From contig CALRIU020000004.1 of NCBI GenBank assembly GCA_943362175.1, positions 120,321-184,320 on the forward strand: a DNA stretch of 64,000 bases, given 5' to 3'. The notes below the pieces were generated by a model. That model was not told the origin of the DNA. It did not search any database and was given only the letters and a program-made list of their open reading frames with translations. Below, in pieces: positions 8,702 to 17,048 of the stretch. Both the position numbers and the translations under genes were made by a program. Position 1 is the stretch's first letter. Each line of letters starts with the position of its first letter. This DNA is from Hydrocarboniphaga daqingensis (lineage in GTDB: Bacteria; Bacteroidota; Bacteroidia; B-17B0; Aurantibacillaceae).

Positions 8702-9175
8702 GTGAAGATTTTATTGATCCAAATAGAGAAAACCACTGATTTATACCTGGTAGAGGGCGTAAAAATATACGCTGAGCGCTTAAAGAACTATGTCCAGTTT
8801 TCTACCGAAACCCTTGTGATGCCTAAAAGCGTGAGGCAAAAACCGGTGGATGAGCAGAAGCGGGCAGAGGCGCAGGAGATACAGAAGCTGCTGGAGCCGT
8901 CTGATTACCTGGTGTGTATGGATGAACATGGAAAACAATATACATCCGTTGGATTTTCGGAATTTCTGAATAAGCGCATGGTGTCGGGCTGTAAGCGCCT
9001 GGTATTCCTGATTGGCGGACCCTATGGTATTGATGCTTCCATCCTCACGAAGGCATCCACGGTCTTGTCCTTATCGGAAATGACCTTTTCCCATCAGATG
9101 GTGCGGCTTTTTTTCAACGAACAGCTTTACCGCGCTTTCAGCATTTTGAAAAACGAAAAGTACCATCACGAGTGA
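8702..9175 (+). CDS. rlmH: 23S rRNA (pseudouridine1915-N3)-methyltransferase
   Basis: 157 aa with a GTG start. Has the SPOUT pattern LVFLIGGPYGI...LSLSEMTFSHQMVRLFFNEQLYRAFSI. Confidence 0.9.
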   Translation: MKILLIQIEKTTDLYLVEGVKIYAERLKNYVQFSTETLVMPKSVRQKPVDEQKRAEAQEIQKLLEPSDYLVCMDEHGKQYTSVGFSEFLNKRMVSGCKRLVFLIGGPYGIDASILTKASTVLSLSEMTFSHQMVRLFFNEQLYRAFSILKNEKYHHE

Positions 9176-9206
9176 TTTCTGTGACAAACCACACCTTCGA
9201 TAAACT

Positions 9207-9236
9207 AAAAACAGCTGCGATCGGGCAGCTGTTTTT
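9207..9236. terminator. Bidirectional hairpin terminator between convergent rlmH and the transketolase C-terminal subunit
   Basis: Reads AAAAACAGCTGC-gatcgg-GCAGCTGTTTTT, with A and T runs on both sides. Confidence 0.65.
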
Positions 9237-9263
9237 GTTGATGAACGTTTTAGCGTCAAGCGT

Positions 9264-10217
9264 TTATTTCCGTTTTATTACTTTTTCAGCGGCTTCTACA
9301 ATATTAATGGTATCGAGGCCGTATTTGGTCATGAGCTGGTCAGGCGTGCCGCTTTCCCCGAAGCTGTCGTTCACGGCCACAAATTCCTGGGGAGCCGGTG
9401 TGTTGCGGGCAAGCAATTGAGCTACGCTGTCGCCCAGGCCACCGTTCATCTGGTGTTCTTCGGCAGTCACCACACATTTGGTTTTAGCAACCGATTTCAG
9501 GATCGCCGCATCGTCCAGCGGTTTAATCGTATGAATGTTGATGATCTCCGCAGAAATGCCTTTGGCAGCCAGCTGTTCGCCCGCTTCAATGGCTTTCCAT
9601 ACCAAATGGCCAGTGGCAATAATGGTCACATCCGTCCCCTCGTTCAGCATAATGGCTTTGCCGATTTCGAACTTCTGGTCGGCAGGTGTAAAATTAGGAA
9701 CCGTAGGCCTGCCAAAGCGCAGGTATACCGGGCCGTGGTGGTCGGCAATGGCAATGGTTGCCGCCTTCGTCTGGTTGTAGTCGCAAGGGTTGATCACGCA
9801 CATGTGAGGCAGCATTTTCATGAGGCCGATATCTTCCAGGATCTGGTGAGTCGCACCGTCTTCGCCCAGGGTGAGCCCGGCATGCGAAGCACAGATCTTC
9901 ACATTTTTCCCGGAATAAGCCACACTCTGGCGGATCTGGTCATACACGCGGCCGGTGCTGAAATTGGCAAAGGTACCTGTAAAAGGGATCTTGCCGCCAA
10001 TGGTTAAACCGGCTGCGATGCCAATCATATTGGCTTCGGCAATCCCAACCTGGAAAAAGCGTTCAGGATGATCTTTCTGGAAAGCATCCATTTTCAGGGA
10101 ACCGGTAAGGTCGGCGCATAAGGCTACCACATCCGGATTGGTTTTTCCTAATTCTGATAAGCCGGCTCCAAAGCCTGAACGGGTGTCTTTTTTTTCGGTA
10201 TAGGTGTATTTTTTCAT
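9264..10217 (-). CDS. Transketolase, C-terminal (pyrimidine-binding) subunit
   Basis: 317 aa with [29 protein letters not shown] and PVYLRFGR, the motifs of a split transketolase. Confidence 0.9.
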   Translation of the reverse strand: MKKYTYTEKKDTRSGFGAGLSELGKTNPDVVALCADLTGSLKMDAFQKDHPERFFQVGIAEANMIGIAAGLTIGGKIPFTGTFANFSTGRVYDQIRQSVAYSGKNVKICASHAGLTLGEDGATHQILEDIGLMKMLPHMCVINPCDYNQTKAATIAIADHHGPVYLRFGRPTVPNFTPADQKFEIGKAIMLNEGTDVTIIATGHLVWKAIEAGEQLAAKGISAEIINIHTIKPLDDAAILKSVAKTKCVVTAEEHQMNGGLGDSVAQLLARNTPAPQEFVAVNDSFGESGTPDQLMTKYGLDTINIVEAAEKVIKRK

Positions 10218-10304
10218 TGCTCTTGTGCTCTTTTTCGCGTGCGCTAATCTACTAAAACAGATTGGTTTTGCGGGTTTATTTTTCTCCTGAATTATTAAGG
10301 GTTA

Positions 10305-11693
10305 TTAAAGTTTAATGGTGGTTGTGACGGCCGATGTGATCGTAAACTTCCGTTCGATGGTGCCGGTTGTTTCCCTGACGCCATCATAGCGGAACTCCAT
10401 CTTGTATGTTCCGGGTTGCAGGTAAATGATCTCATTCATCAGGTTTTTGTTGAGGTTGCACACCCAGGTTACTTTTTTACCATCGTCGGTATAAATGCTT
10501 CCGGTGCCATTGCTTACTTTAGTAATGTAGGCGTTGCCCGATGTGGGAACCTTGATGGTATTGGTGGTGCTCTGTTTGATCTCCACATCATTCAGGTAAA
10601 TGCGCGGAAGCGTCAGCACCTCAATATCGTATTTTCCGACAATGTATTTATCCGTTTTCCCGAAATCCTGGATGTTCAGCGTATTCATTTCTCCATTCTT
10701 ACGTACCACGCAGGTCGGGAAATATTTGCTGAGCGCACCGTCGAGCTCAAGCCTCAGGTAGCCCTGCGGCGCATCTACCGGGATTACATTGTGCCTGCCC
10801 TGCTGGATGGTAATACCCTTTTTTTCCACCGGCGGAATGGTGTGAACCATGAGGTCGTAGGTGATGTTGGGATTCAGAACGATGGTATCCGGATTGCCGC
10901 GGTGGTTGAGCGTATGCAGGTAATTATATTTCACCTGTTTGGTGACGGCATCGTAAAAGGTCATGTTCACATCTGTTTCCGTAGGCTTTTTGGCGAGGTC
11001 GAGCAGGTCGACCTGTACGGTGGTTTGCGAAATGGCTTCGGTAAGCACGAGGTTGAGAACGTCCTTAAAATTGGCCTCGTTGCTCACGTCATAAAACTTT
11101 CCCATGCAGCCGAATACGTCTGCAAATTTCACATCCAGGCCTACGCCGATCACAAAGGGACGTAAAAAAATGCCTTTCTTTTGCAGCTCGGCCGATACTT
11201 CGCAGGGCACGCCGCCGCATTCTTCAATGCCATCCGTGATCAGGATCACGATGTTCCGGCAATTGCTGCAGGGTGTAAAGTCGGCGGCACTTTCTCCCAG
11301 AGAGTAGGCAATAGGCGTGGTACCAAGCGGCTCCAGCTTCTGGATGCGCTGCTTGATTTTTAAGGCATTGACATTGGCTTTGGCAAAAGGAATTTCCAGT
11401 TTGGTGTCTTTACAGTTTCGCTCGGGTTTAATAAAGGTGGTGTGGCCGTAGCAGCGCAGCGCCAACTCCAGGTTCGGGAGTCCTTTGAGGCTGTCGAGGA
11501 ATTCACCCATGATCCTTTTGGCTACCTCAATTTTGATGTTGCTGTTCCAGGGAGCATACATGCTGTAGGAGTCGTCAAAAATAAAGAGGATGCGGTTGGT
11601 GGTTTGGGAAACTGCCGAATGATGGATGGTAAATGCGAAATGAAAGGCCAGAAGAAATTTAATGCATTTGTTTTTCTTCACAGGTATAGCCAT
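10305..11693 (-). CDS. Secreted von Willebrand factor A (VWA) domain protein
   Basis: 462 aa with an N-terminal signal-like segment, then ILFIFDDSYSM (a DxSxS MIDAS-like motif), TPIAYSL and IVILITDGIEECG. The C-terminal ~230 aa are beta-rich and unassigned. Confidence 0.8.
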   Translation of the reverse strand: MAIPVKKNKCIKFLLAFHFAFTIHHSAVSQTTNRILFIFDDSYSMYAPWNSNIKIEVAKRIMGEFLDSLKGLPNLELALRCYGHTTFIKPERNCKDTKLEIPFAKANVNALKIKQRIQKLEPLGTTPIAYSLGESAADFTPCSNCRNIVILITDGIEECGGVPCEVSAELQKKGIFLRPFVIGVGLDVKFADVFGCMGKFYDVSNEANFKDVLNLVLTEAISQTTVQVDLLDLAKKPTETDVNMTFYDAVTKQVKYNYLHTLNHRGNPDTIVLNPNITYDLMVHTIPPVEKKGITIQQGRHNVIPVDAPQGYLRLELDGALSKYFPTCVVRKNGEMNTLNIQDFGKTDKYIVGKYDIEVLTLPRIYLNDVEIKQSTTNTIKVPTSGNAYITKVSNGTGSIYTDDGKKVTWVCNLNKNLMNEIIYLQPGTYKMEFRYDGVRETTGTIERKFTITSAVTTTIKL

Positions 11694-11724
11694 TTAACAT
11701 TCAACTTTTAAAATTTGGTAACTC

Positions 11725-12573
11725 TTAGTAATCGGCCTCATTGCCCACGAGCTGATCGAGCGCTTTTTGCAATTGCTCGTCGTTTGGAGCAGAGCCGTGC
11801 CATTTGTGTGTTCCCATCATAAAGTCGACACCGGCACCCATTTCTGTTTTCATGATGATGATGATGGGCTTGCCTTTTCCGATAAAGGTTTTGGCTTTCC
11901 GGAATCCTTCGATCACAGCCGTCATGTTATTGCCCTCCTGGATGTCCAGCACTTCCCAGCCAAAGGCTTCAAACTTGGCCCTCAGGTTGCCCAGGGATAA
12001 CACGTTTTCCACGTCACCGTCGATCTGGCGGCCGTTATAGTCGATGGTGGCAATGTAATTGTCTACCTTATTGGCAGCGGCGTATATCGCGGCTTCCCAG
12101 ATCTGTCCTTCCTGCAGCTCGCCATCGCCGTGAAGGCTGTATACGATGTTTGTGTCTTTATTTAATTTCTTCGCAAGCGCAGCGCCAATGGCTACGCTCA
12201 TGCCCTGGCCCAGGGAGCCGCTGGCAATGCGAACGCCCGGAAGGCCTTCGTGCGTGGTAGGATGGCCCTGCAGGCGGGAATTGAGTTTACGGAAGGTCTT
12301 AAGCTCATCAATCGGGAAATAGCCGCAGCGTGCCAGAACACTATAGAAAACCGGTGAAATATGCCCGTTGCTCAGGAAGAACAGGTCTTCTCCCTTGCCA
12401 TCCATGCTGAAATTCTTAGGATCGTGCTTCATCACCACATTGTAGAGCGCTACCAGGTATTCGGTGCAGCCGAGCGACCCTCCCGGGTGGCCTGAGTTTA
12501 CGGCGTGAACCATTCTTACGATGTCTCTTCTTACCTGTTTTGCGAGTTGTTCCAGTTGTGAAATATCAGCCAT
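11725..12573 (-). CDS. Transketolase, N-terminal (TPP-binding) subunit
   Basis: 282 aa with SGHPGGSLG, SNGHISPVFY, HPTTHEGLPGVRIASGSLGQG and LHGDGELQEGQIWEA. Confidence 0.9.
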   Translation of the reverse strand: MADISQLEQLAKQVRRDIVRMVHAVNSGHPGGSLGCTEYLVALYNVVMKHDPKNFSMDGKGEDLFFLSNGHISPVFYSVLARCGYFPIDELKTFRKLNSRLQGHPTTHEGLPGVRIASGSLGQGMSVAIGAALAKKLNKDTNIVYSLHGDGELQEGQIWEAAIYAAANKVDNYIATIDYNGRQIDGDVENVLSLGNLRAKFEAFGWEVLDIQEGNNMTAVIEGFRKAKTFIGKGKPIIIIMKTEMGAGVDFMMGTHKWHGSAPNDEQLQKALDQLVGNEADY

Positions 12574-12753
12574 AGCGCTATTTTTCTGGCAAAAATACTA
12601 TTTGCCTATGCTCTATAACGTCAATGTTGATAATAATAACAGGATGTTAAAAAATAACCCGCCAATCTGATTTTTCACCGCTTTAAGGCCGCTTTTGTTA
12701 AAAACTGCGCCATTTTGCTACGAATAATAGTAAGAGGCCGCGCTTGATTTTAA

Positions 12754-12761
12754 TATATTTG
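12754..12761 (+). promoter_or_regulatory. Candidate -7 box (TATATTTG) for ychF
   Basis: Matches TAnnTTTG about 80 nt upstream of ATG 12842. No -33 TTG at canonical spacing. Confidence 0.35.
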
Positions 12762-12808
12762 CAGCTTAAATTATTTCAGGCTCAGCGTTTCTGGTTGATA
12801 ACCAGTAA

Positions 12809-12832
12809 GCTGAAAACCTGGAAACCTGAAAC
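12809..12832. repeat. AACCTGAAAC-type motif cluster, site 1 of 3
   Basis: Reads GCTGAAAACCTGGAAACCTGAAAC just upstream of ychF. It pairs with TTTCAGG (12774-12780) around the CTGGTT-gat-AACCAG hairpin (12791-12805). Confidence 0.6.
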
Positions 12833-12841
12833 AGAAAAATT

Positions 12842-13942
12842 ATGGCTTTAAAATGCGGAATTGTAGGGTTGCCTAACGTGGGAAAATCAACTCTTTTTAA
12901 TTGTTTAAGTAATGCGAAGGCTCAGGCGGCCAATTTCCCGTTCTGTACCATCGAGCCCAACGTCGGTGTGATCACAGTACCCGATGAGCGCCTCAACAAA
13001 CTGGCGGAGCTCGTCAAACCTCAGAATATCCTCCCGACAACGGTTGAGATTGTGGATATTGCCGGTTTGGTAAAAGGGGCCAGTAAAGGCGAAGGCCTGG
13101 GGAATAAGTTCCTGGCCAATATCAGGGAATGTAACGCCATTCTGCATGTGCTGCGCTGCTTCGATAATGATAATGTGATCCACGTGGATGGCAATGTGAA
13201 CCCGGTTCGTGACAAAGAGATCATTGATACGGAATTGCAGTTAAAAGACCTGGAATCAGTAGATGCCAAGCTGAAAAAGTTTGAAAAAGCGGCGAAGACC
13301 GGTAATGATAAGGAAGCCGTAAAAACCTATAACACGCTCTTAAGGGTAAAGGAAACCCTGGAAAGCGGGCAGTCGGCCCGTGCCTGTAAGCTGGAGGAAA
13401 GTGAGCTGCCTTATATTGCGGACCTGCACATGCTCACCATCAAACCGGTGATGTACGTGTGCAACGTGGATGAAGCATCGGCCAAAACAGGAAACAACCA
13501 TGTGGACGCCGTGAGGGAAGCTGTGAAACATGAGAACGCCGAGATTCTTGTGATCACCGCGCAAATGGAAAGCGAGATCGCCGCCCTGGAGACTTATGAG
13601 GAAAAGCAAATGTTCCTCGCCGAAATGGGATTGGATGAGCCGGGTGTGAATAAGCTTATTAAACAAGCCTATAGCTTATTGAAACTGCAAACCTATTTTA
13701 CAGCCGGTGTCAAAGAAGTACGCGCCTGGACGATTGAAAAAGGAATGACAGCACCTCAGGCGGCCGGTGTGATCCATACGGATTTCGAAAAAGGATTTAT
13801 CCGTGCGGAGGTAATTGCCTATAACGATTACATCACCTACGGCTCGGAAAACGCCTGTAAGGAAGTTGGTAAGCTGAGAGTGGAAGGAAAAGAATACGTC
13901 GTGGCCGACGGCGATGTGATGCATTTCAGGTTTAATGTGTAG
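12842..13942 (+). CDS. ychF: Redox-regulated ribosome-binding ATPase YchF
   Basis: 366 aa with [37 protein letters not shown] and a C-terminal TGS-like block (AWTI..G..AP.AAG.IH.DFE.GFIRAE). Confidence 0.95.
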   Translation: MALKCGIVGLPNVGKSTLFNCLSNAKAQAANFPFCTIEPNVGVITVPDERLNKLAELVKPQNILPTTVEIVDIAGLVKGASKGEGLGNKFLANIRECNAILHVLRCFDNDNVIHVDGNVNPVRDKEIIDTELQLKDLESVDAKLKKFEKAAKTGNDKEAVKTYNTLLRVKETLESGQSARACKLEESELPYIADLHMLTIKPVMYVCNVDEASAKTGNNHVDAVREAVKHENAEILVITAQMESEIAALETYEEKQMFLAEMGLDEPGVNKLIKQAYSLLKLQTYFTAGVKEVRAWTIEKGMTAPQAAGVIHTDFEKGFIRAEVIAYNDYITYGSENACKEVGKLRVEGKEYVVADGDVMHFRFNV

Positions 13943-13946
13943 AGAG

Positions 13947-13989
13947 TTTCAGGTTTGAGGTTTCAGGTTGTGTAACTGAAACCGGAAAC
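13947..13989. repeat. GTTTCAGGTT / CTGAAAC motif cluster, site 2 of 3, including a hairpin
   Basis: Reads TTTCAGGTTtgaggTTTCAGGTTgtgtaaCTGAAACcgGAAAC. The hairpin GTTTCAG-(9 nt)-CTGAAAC spans 13960-13982. A further TTTCAGGTT lies inside the ychF 3' end (13925-13933). Confidence 0.6.
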
Positions 13990-14015
13990 TTGCAGCCGGA
14001 CATAAAAAATAATTA

Positions 14016-14408
14016 ATGGCAACAATAAAACGCTTTGAGGATTTGGAGGTCTGGCAATTGGCCAGGGAGCTGAATATTAAAATCACGCCATTATTGGAAA
14101 GATTAAGTGAAGTAAAAAATTATGATTTAAAAAGCCAGTTAGATCGTTCGGCCGGTTCTGTGATGGATAACATTTCAGAAGGCTTTGAGCGGGATGGTAA
14201 CAGGGAATTTATACAGTTTTTAGCAATATCAAAAGGTTCCTTAGGAGAAGTAAGATCACAATTATACAGAACACTGGACAGAAATTTTATTGAAAAAGAA
14301 AAACACGATGTATTGCAGGAGGAGTGTTTAGTGTTAGCAGGCAAACTCGGAAAATTTATATCGTATTTAAATAACTCAGAGATCAGAGGGAACAAGTTTA
14401 AAAAGTAA
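14016..14408 (+). CDS. Four-helix-bundle protein (23S rRNA intervening-sequence protein / Avd-like family)
   Basis: 130 aa. FEDLEVWQLARELNIKI..., QLDRSAGSVMDNISEGFER, EFIQFLAISKGSLGEVRSQL is the characteristic pattern of this family. The gene looks AT-richer by eye than its neighbours. Confidence 0.85.
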   Translation: MATIKRFEDLEVWQLARELNIKITPLLERLSEVKNYDLKSQLDRSAGSVMDNISEGFERDGNREFIQFLAISKGSLGEVRSQLYRTLDRNFIEKEKHDVLQEECLVLAGKLGKFISYLNNSEIRGNKFKK

Positions 14409-14437
14409 TGACCAGGCACAAATTTTTAGTTACTACA

Positions 14438-14467
14438 ACCAGAAACTTTTAACCTGAAACTAGAAAC
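14438..14467. repeat. AACC(A/T)GAAAC motif cluster, site 3 of 3
   Basis: Reads AACCAGAAACttttAACCTGAAACTAGAAAC, between the four-helix-bundle gene and parE. Confidence 0.6.
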
Positions 14468-14474
14468 AAGGACA

Positions 14475-16340
14475 ATGGCAAAAGAAATAGCAAGTTATAA
14501 CGAAGACAGTATCAAATCCCTTGATTGGAAAGAGCATATCCGGATGCGTCCAGGTATGTATATCGGAAAGCTGGGAGATGGCTCTGCCTTTGATGATGGG
14601 ATCTACGTGCTGATCAAGGAGGTAATGGATAACTCCATCGATGAGTTTATGATGGGTGCGGGGAAGAAGATCGAAGTGAACGTGAAAGAGGGTGTGGTAT
14701 CGATCAGGGATTACGGACGTGGCATTCCATTGGGCAAGGTCGTGGAAGTGGTATCGAAAATCAATACCGGTGGTAAATACGACAGCGATGCTTTCAAAAA
14801 ATCCATTGGTTTGAATGGTGTGGGGACAAAGGCAGTGAATGCCTTAGCCATCCATTTTAAGGTAACGGCATACCGCGACGGGCAAAGCAAAACAGCGGAA
14901 TTCTCCTGCGGTGAGCTGGTGAAGGAGTCGAAGGTGGAGAAAACAAATGAAGCCAACGGTACTTATGTGGAGTTCAGACCCGATGATACCATCTTTAAAA
15001 AATACCACTTCGTGCATGAGTACATTGACCGCATGTTGTGGAACTACGCTTTCCTCAATACAGGCCTGACCCTGTACTTCAATGGCAATGTCTATAAATC
15101 CGACAACGGCTTAAAAGATTTGCTGGAGAAAAATATTACCGGTGAGATTTTATACCCGATCATCCATTTACGTGGCGACGATATCGAGCTGGCGATGACG
15201 CACAGCAATGAGCACTTTTCGGAAGAGTATTACAGTTATGTGAACGGACAGTATACCACGCAGGGCGGAACGCACCAGGCGGCCTACCGCGAAGCGGTGG
15301 TGAAAACGATCCGGGAGTTTTACAAAAAGGATTTCGACCCGACGGATGTGCGTAAGTCTATTGTAGCGGCCATCTCGGTGCGTGTGCAGGAGCCTGTGTT
15401 CGAATCCCAGACCAAAACAAAATTAGGGTCACAGGAAGTAGCGCCGGGCGGACAGTCAATGCGCTCTTTCGTAGGTGATTTTATCAAGCAGCAGCTGGAT
15501 AATTATTTGCATAAAAATCCGGAAACGGCGCGCGCCATCGAAGCCAAGATCCTGGCAAATGAGCGTGAGCGTAAGGAGCTGTCGGGGATCCAGAAACTGG
15601 CGCGTGAGCGTGCGAAGAAATCGTCCCTGCACAATAAAAAGCTGCGCGATTGCCGCGTACACCTGGATGACTCCAAAAATCCACGTGCTCATGAAACCAC
15701 GATCTTTATTTGTGAGGGAGATTCGGCGAGTGGCTCTATTACAAAGACCCGCGACGTAAATACCCAGGCGGTGTTCAGCCTCAAAGGAAAGCCGCTGAAC
15801 TGCTTTGGTCTTGGAAAAAAAGTGGTTTATGAGAACGAAGAGTTTAACCTCCTGCAGGCCGCGTTAAACATCGAGGATTCCCTGGAAGACCTGCGCTACA
15901 ACAACGTGGTGATCGCTACGGATGCCGATGTGGATGGAATGCATATCCGCTTATTATTACTGACCTTCTTTTTACAATTCTTCCCTGACCTGGTGAAGAA
16001 CGGTCACGTGTATATTTTACAAACGCCTTTATTCCGTGTACGCAATAAAAAAGAAACCATTTATTGTTACAGCGACGAAGAGCGCAAAGCGGCGATTGCC
16101 AAACTGGGGCCTAAGCCCGAGATCACACGATTCAAAGGTTTAGGAGAGATCTCACCGGATGAGTTTAAATTGTTTATCGGGAAGGATATCCGCCTGGAGC
16201 CGGTACTGCTGGATCAGCAGGCCTCTATCCAGCAGCTGCTGAGCTACTACATGGGCAAGAACACGCAGGACAGGCAGGAGTTTATCATCGATAACCTGGT
16301 AATCGAAAAAGACCTGGAGGAAGAGTTGGTGAAAATTTAA
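14475..16340 (+). CDS. parE: DNA topoisomerase IV subunit B (type IIA topoisomerase ATPase)
   Basis: 621 aa with [27 protein letters not shown] ATPase blocks, Toprim ([17 protein letters not shown]) and FKGLGE. Its short length (no GyrB insertion) and pairing with a subunit-A gene favour ParE over GyrB. Confidence 0.85.
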   Translation: MAKEIASYNEDSIKSLDWKEHIRMRPGMYIGKLGDGSAFDDGIYVLIKEVMDNSIDEFMMGAGKKIEVNVKEGVVSIRDYGRGIPLGKVVEVVSKINTGGKYDSDAFKKSIGLNGVGTKAVNALAIHFKVTAYRDGQSKTAEFSCGELVKESKVEKTNEANGTYVEFRPDDTIFKKYHFVHEYIDRMLWNYAFLNTGLTLYFNGNVYKSDNGLKDLLEKNITGEILYPIIHLRGDDIELAMTHSNEHFSEEYYSYVNGQYTTQGGTHQAAYREAVVKTIREFYKKDFDPTDVRKSIVAAISVRVQEPVFESQTKTKLGSQEVAPGGQSMRSFVGDFIKQQLDNYLHKNPETARAIEAKILANERERKELSGIQKLARERAKKSSLHNKKLRDCRVHLDDSKNPRAHETTIFICEGDSASGSITKTRDVNTQAVFSLKGKPLNCFGLGKKVVYENEEFNLLQAALNIEDSLEDLRYNNVVIATDADVDGMHIRLLLLTFFLQFFPDLVKNGHVYILQTPLFRVRNKKETIYCYSDEERKAAIAKLGPKPEITRFKGLGEISPDEFKLFIGKDIRLEPVLLDQQASIQQLLSYYMGKNTQDRQEFIIDNLVIEKDLEEELVKI

Positions 16341-16566
16341 AAAGAATAGAATACCGTCAGGTAGGAGCGAAACATGATCAGAACGAATGTGTTGCTCCTA
16401 ACGGAGCAAGTAGAGAGGGGAGCAGAGGTTAATAATGTTTTGTCCCTACGGGACAAAAGCCAGGCACTACTGTGAAATAAACAACAAGATTGAAAATCCG
16501 GCTCCGTAGGAGCCAAACATTATTAAGACAAAAAGAATACCGCCAGGCTCCGTAGGAGCCAAACAT
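16341..16566. repeat. Cluster of REP-like hairpins (GGCTCC-GTA-GGAGCC-AAACAT family) immediately upstream of the RAYT-like gene
   Basis: Five elements are visible. A degenerate copy lies at 16341-16377. The others are TTGCTCC-taac-GGAGCAA (16392-16409), TTTTGTCCC-tac-GGGACAAAA (16438-16458), GGCTCC-gta-GGAGCC+AAACAT (16500-16520) and the same again at 16546-16566. Loop GTA versus TAC indicates alternating orientation. Confidence 0.8.
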
Positions 16567-16572
16567 TAATAT

Positions 16573-17034
16573 ATGCCAAACACCTATACACAAATATTTT
16601 ATCACGTCGTTTTTGTAGTGAAGAGAAGGCAAAGCCTGATCAATGCTTCGTGGAAAGATGATTTGTATAAATATATTTCAGGGGGCATTACAAACCAAAA
16701 CCAAAAATTATATATAATTAATGGAATGCCTGATCATTTGCATATTTTAATCAGTTGCAAGCCCAATATCACGCTTTCAAATCTTATCAAGGAGATCAAG
16801 GAACATTCAACCAAGTATATTAACGAGCAAAAGTTTACGGCTGAAAAATTCTCATGGCAGGAAGGTTATGGTGCTTTTTCGGGTTCATACCGGAATTTAG
16901 ATCAGGTTGTAAACTATATTAAAAATCAGGAAGAGCATCATAAGGTAAAAACCTTTAGAGAGGAGTATACCGGCTTTCTTAAAGAACAGAATATTGATTT
17001 TGAAGACAAGTATCTCTTTGAAGAAGTAAAATAG
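16573..17034 (+). CDS. IS200/IS605-type Y1 (HUH) transposase homologue with RAYT (REP-associated tyrosine transposase) architecture
   Basis: 153 aa. Has the HUH motif in GMPDHLHILIS and a catalytic-Tyr motif in VVNYIKNQEEHH. There is no tnpB partner. It is flanked upstream by REP-like hairpins and looks AT-rich by eye. Confidence 0.85.
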   Translation: MPNTYTQIFYHVVFVVKRRQSLINASWKDDLYKYISGGITNQNQKLYIINGMPDHLHILISCKPNITLSNLIKEIKEHSTKYINEQKFTAEKFSWQEGYGAFSGSYRNLDQVVNYIKNQEEHHKVKTFREEYTGFLKEQNIDFEDKYLFEEVK

Positions 17035-17048
17035 CATTATAAAAAAGA

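Noticed and set aside
10416-11165. Long antisense ORFs inside well-supported genes: this one, plus 17529-18116, 22015-22482, 30438-30926, 33456-33872, 53547-54074 and 59861-60385
   Set aside because: Each opposes a gene with clear family motifs. The antisense translations are Arg/His/Gly/Val-rich with no recognisable domains, typical of shadow ORFs.
14016-14408. Four-helix-bundle gene as part of a diversity-generating retroelement (Avd)
   Set aside because: No reverse transcriptase gene and no template/variable repeat pair were found anywhere near it.
16429-16632. Short ORFs lying in repeat-rich gaps: this one, plus 7254-7481, 21170-21406, 33921-34241, 33992-34252 and 40963-41259
   Set aside because: They are composed largely of translated REP or hairpin repeats, have no signal or domain features, and overlap better-supported elements.
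16573-17034. Intact IS200/IS605 insertion sequence
   Set aside because: There is no tnpB and no distinct left and right subterminal hairpin ends flanking the gene. The hairpins lie only upstream and recur elsewhere as short repeats, which fits a RAYT/REP arrangement better.
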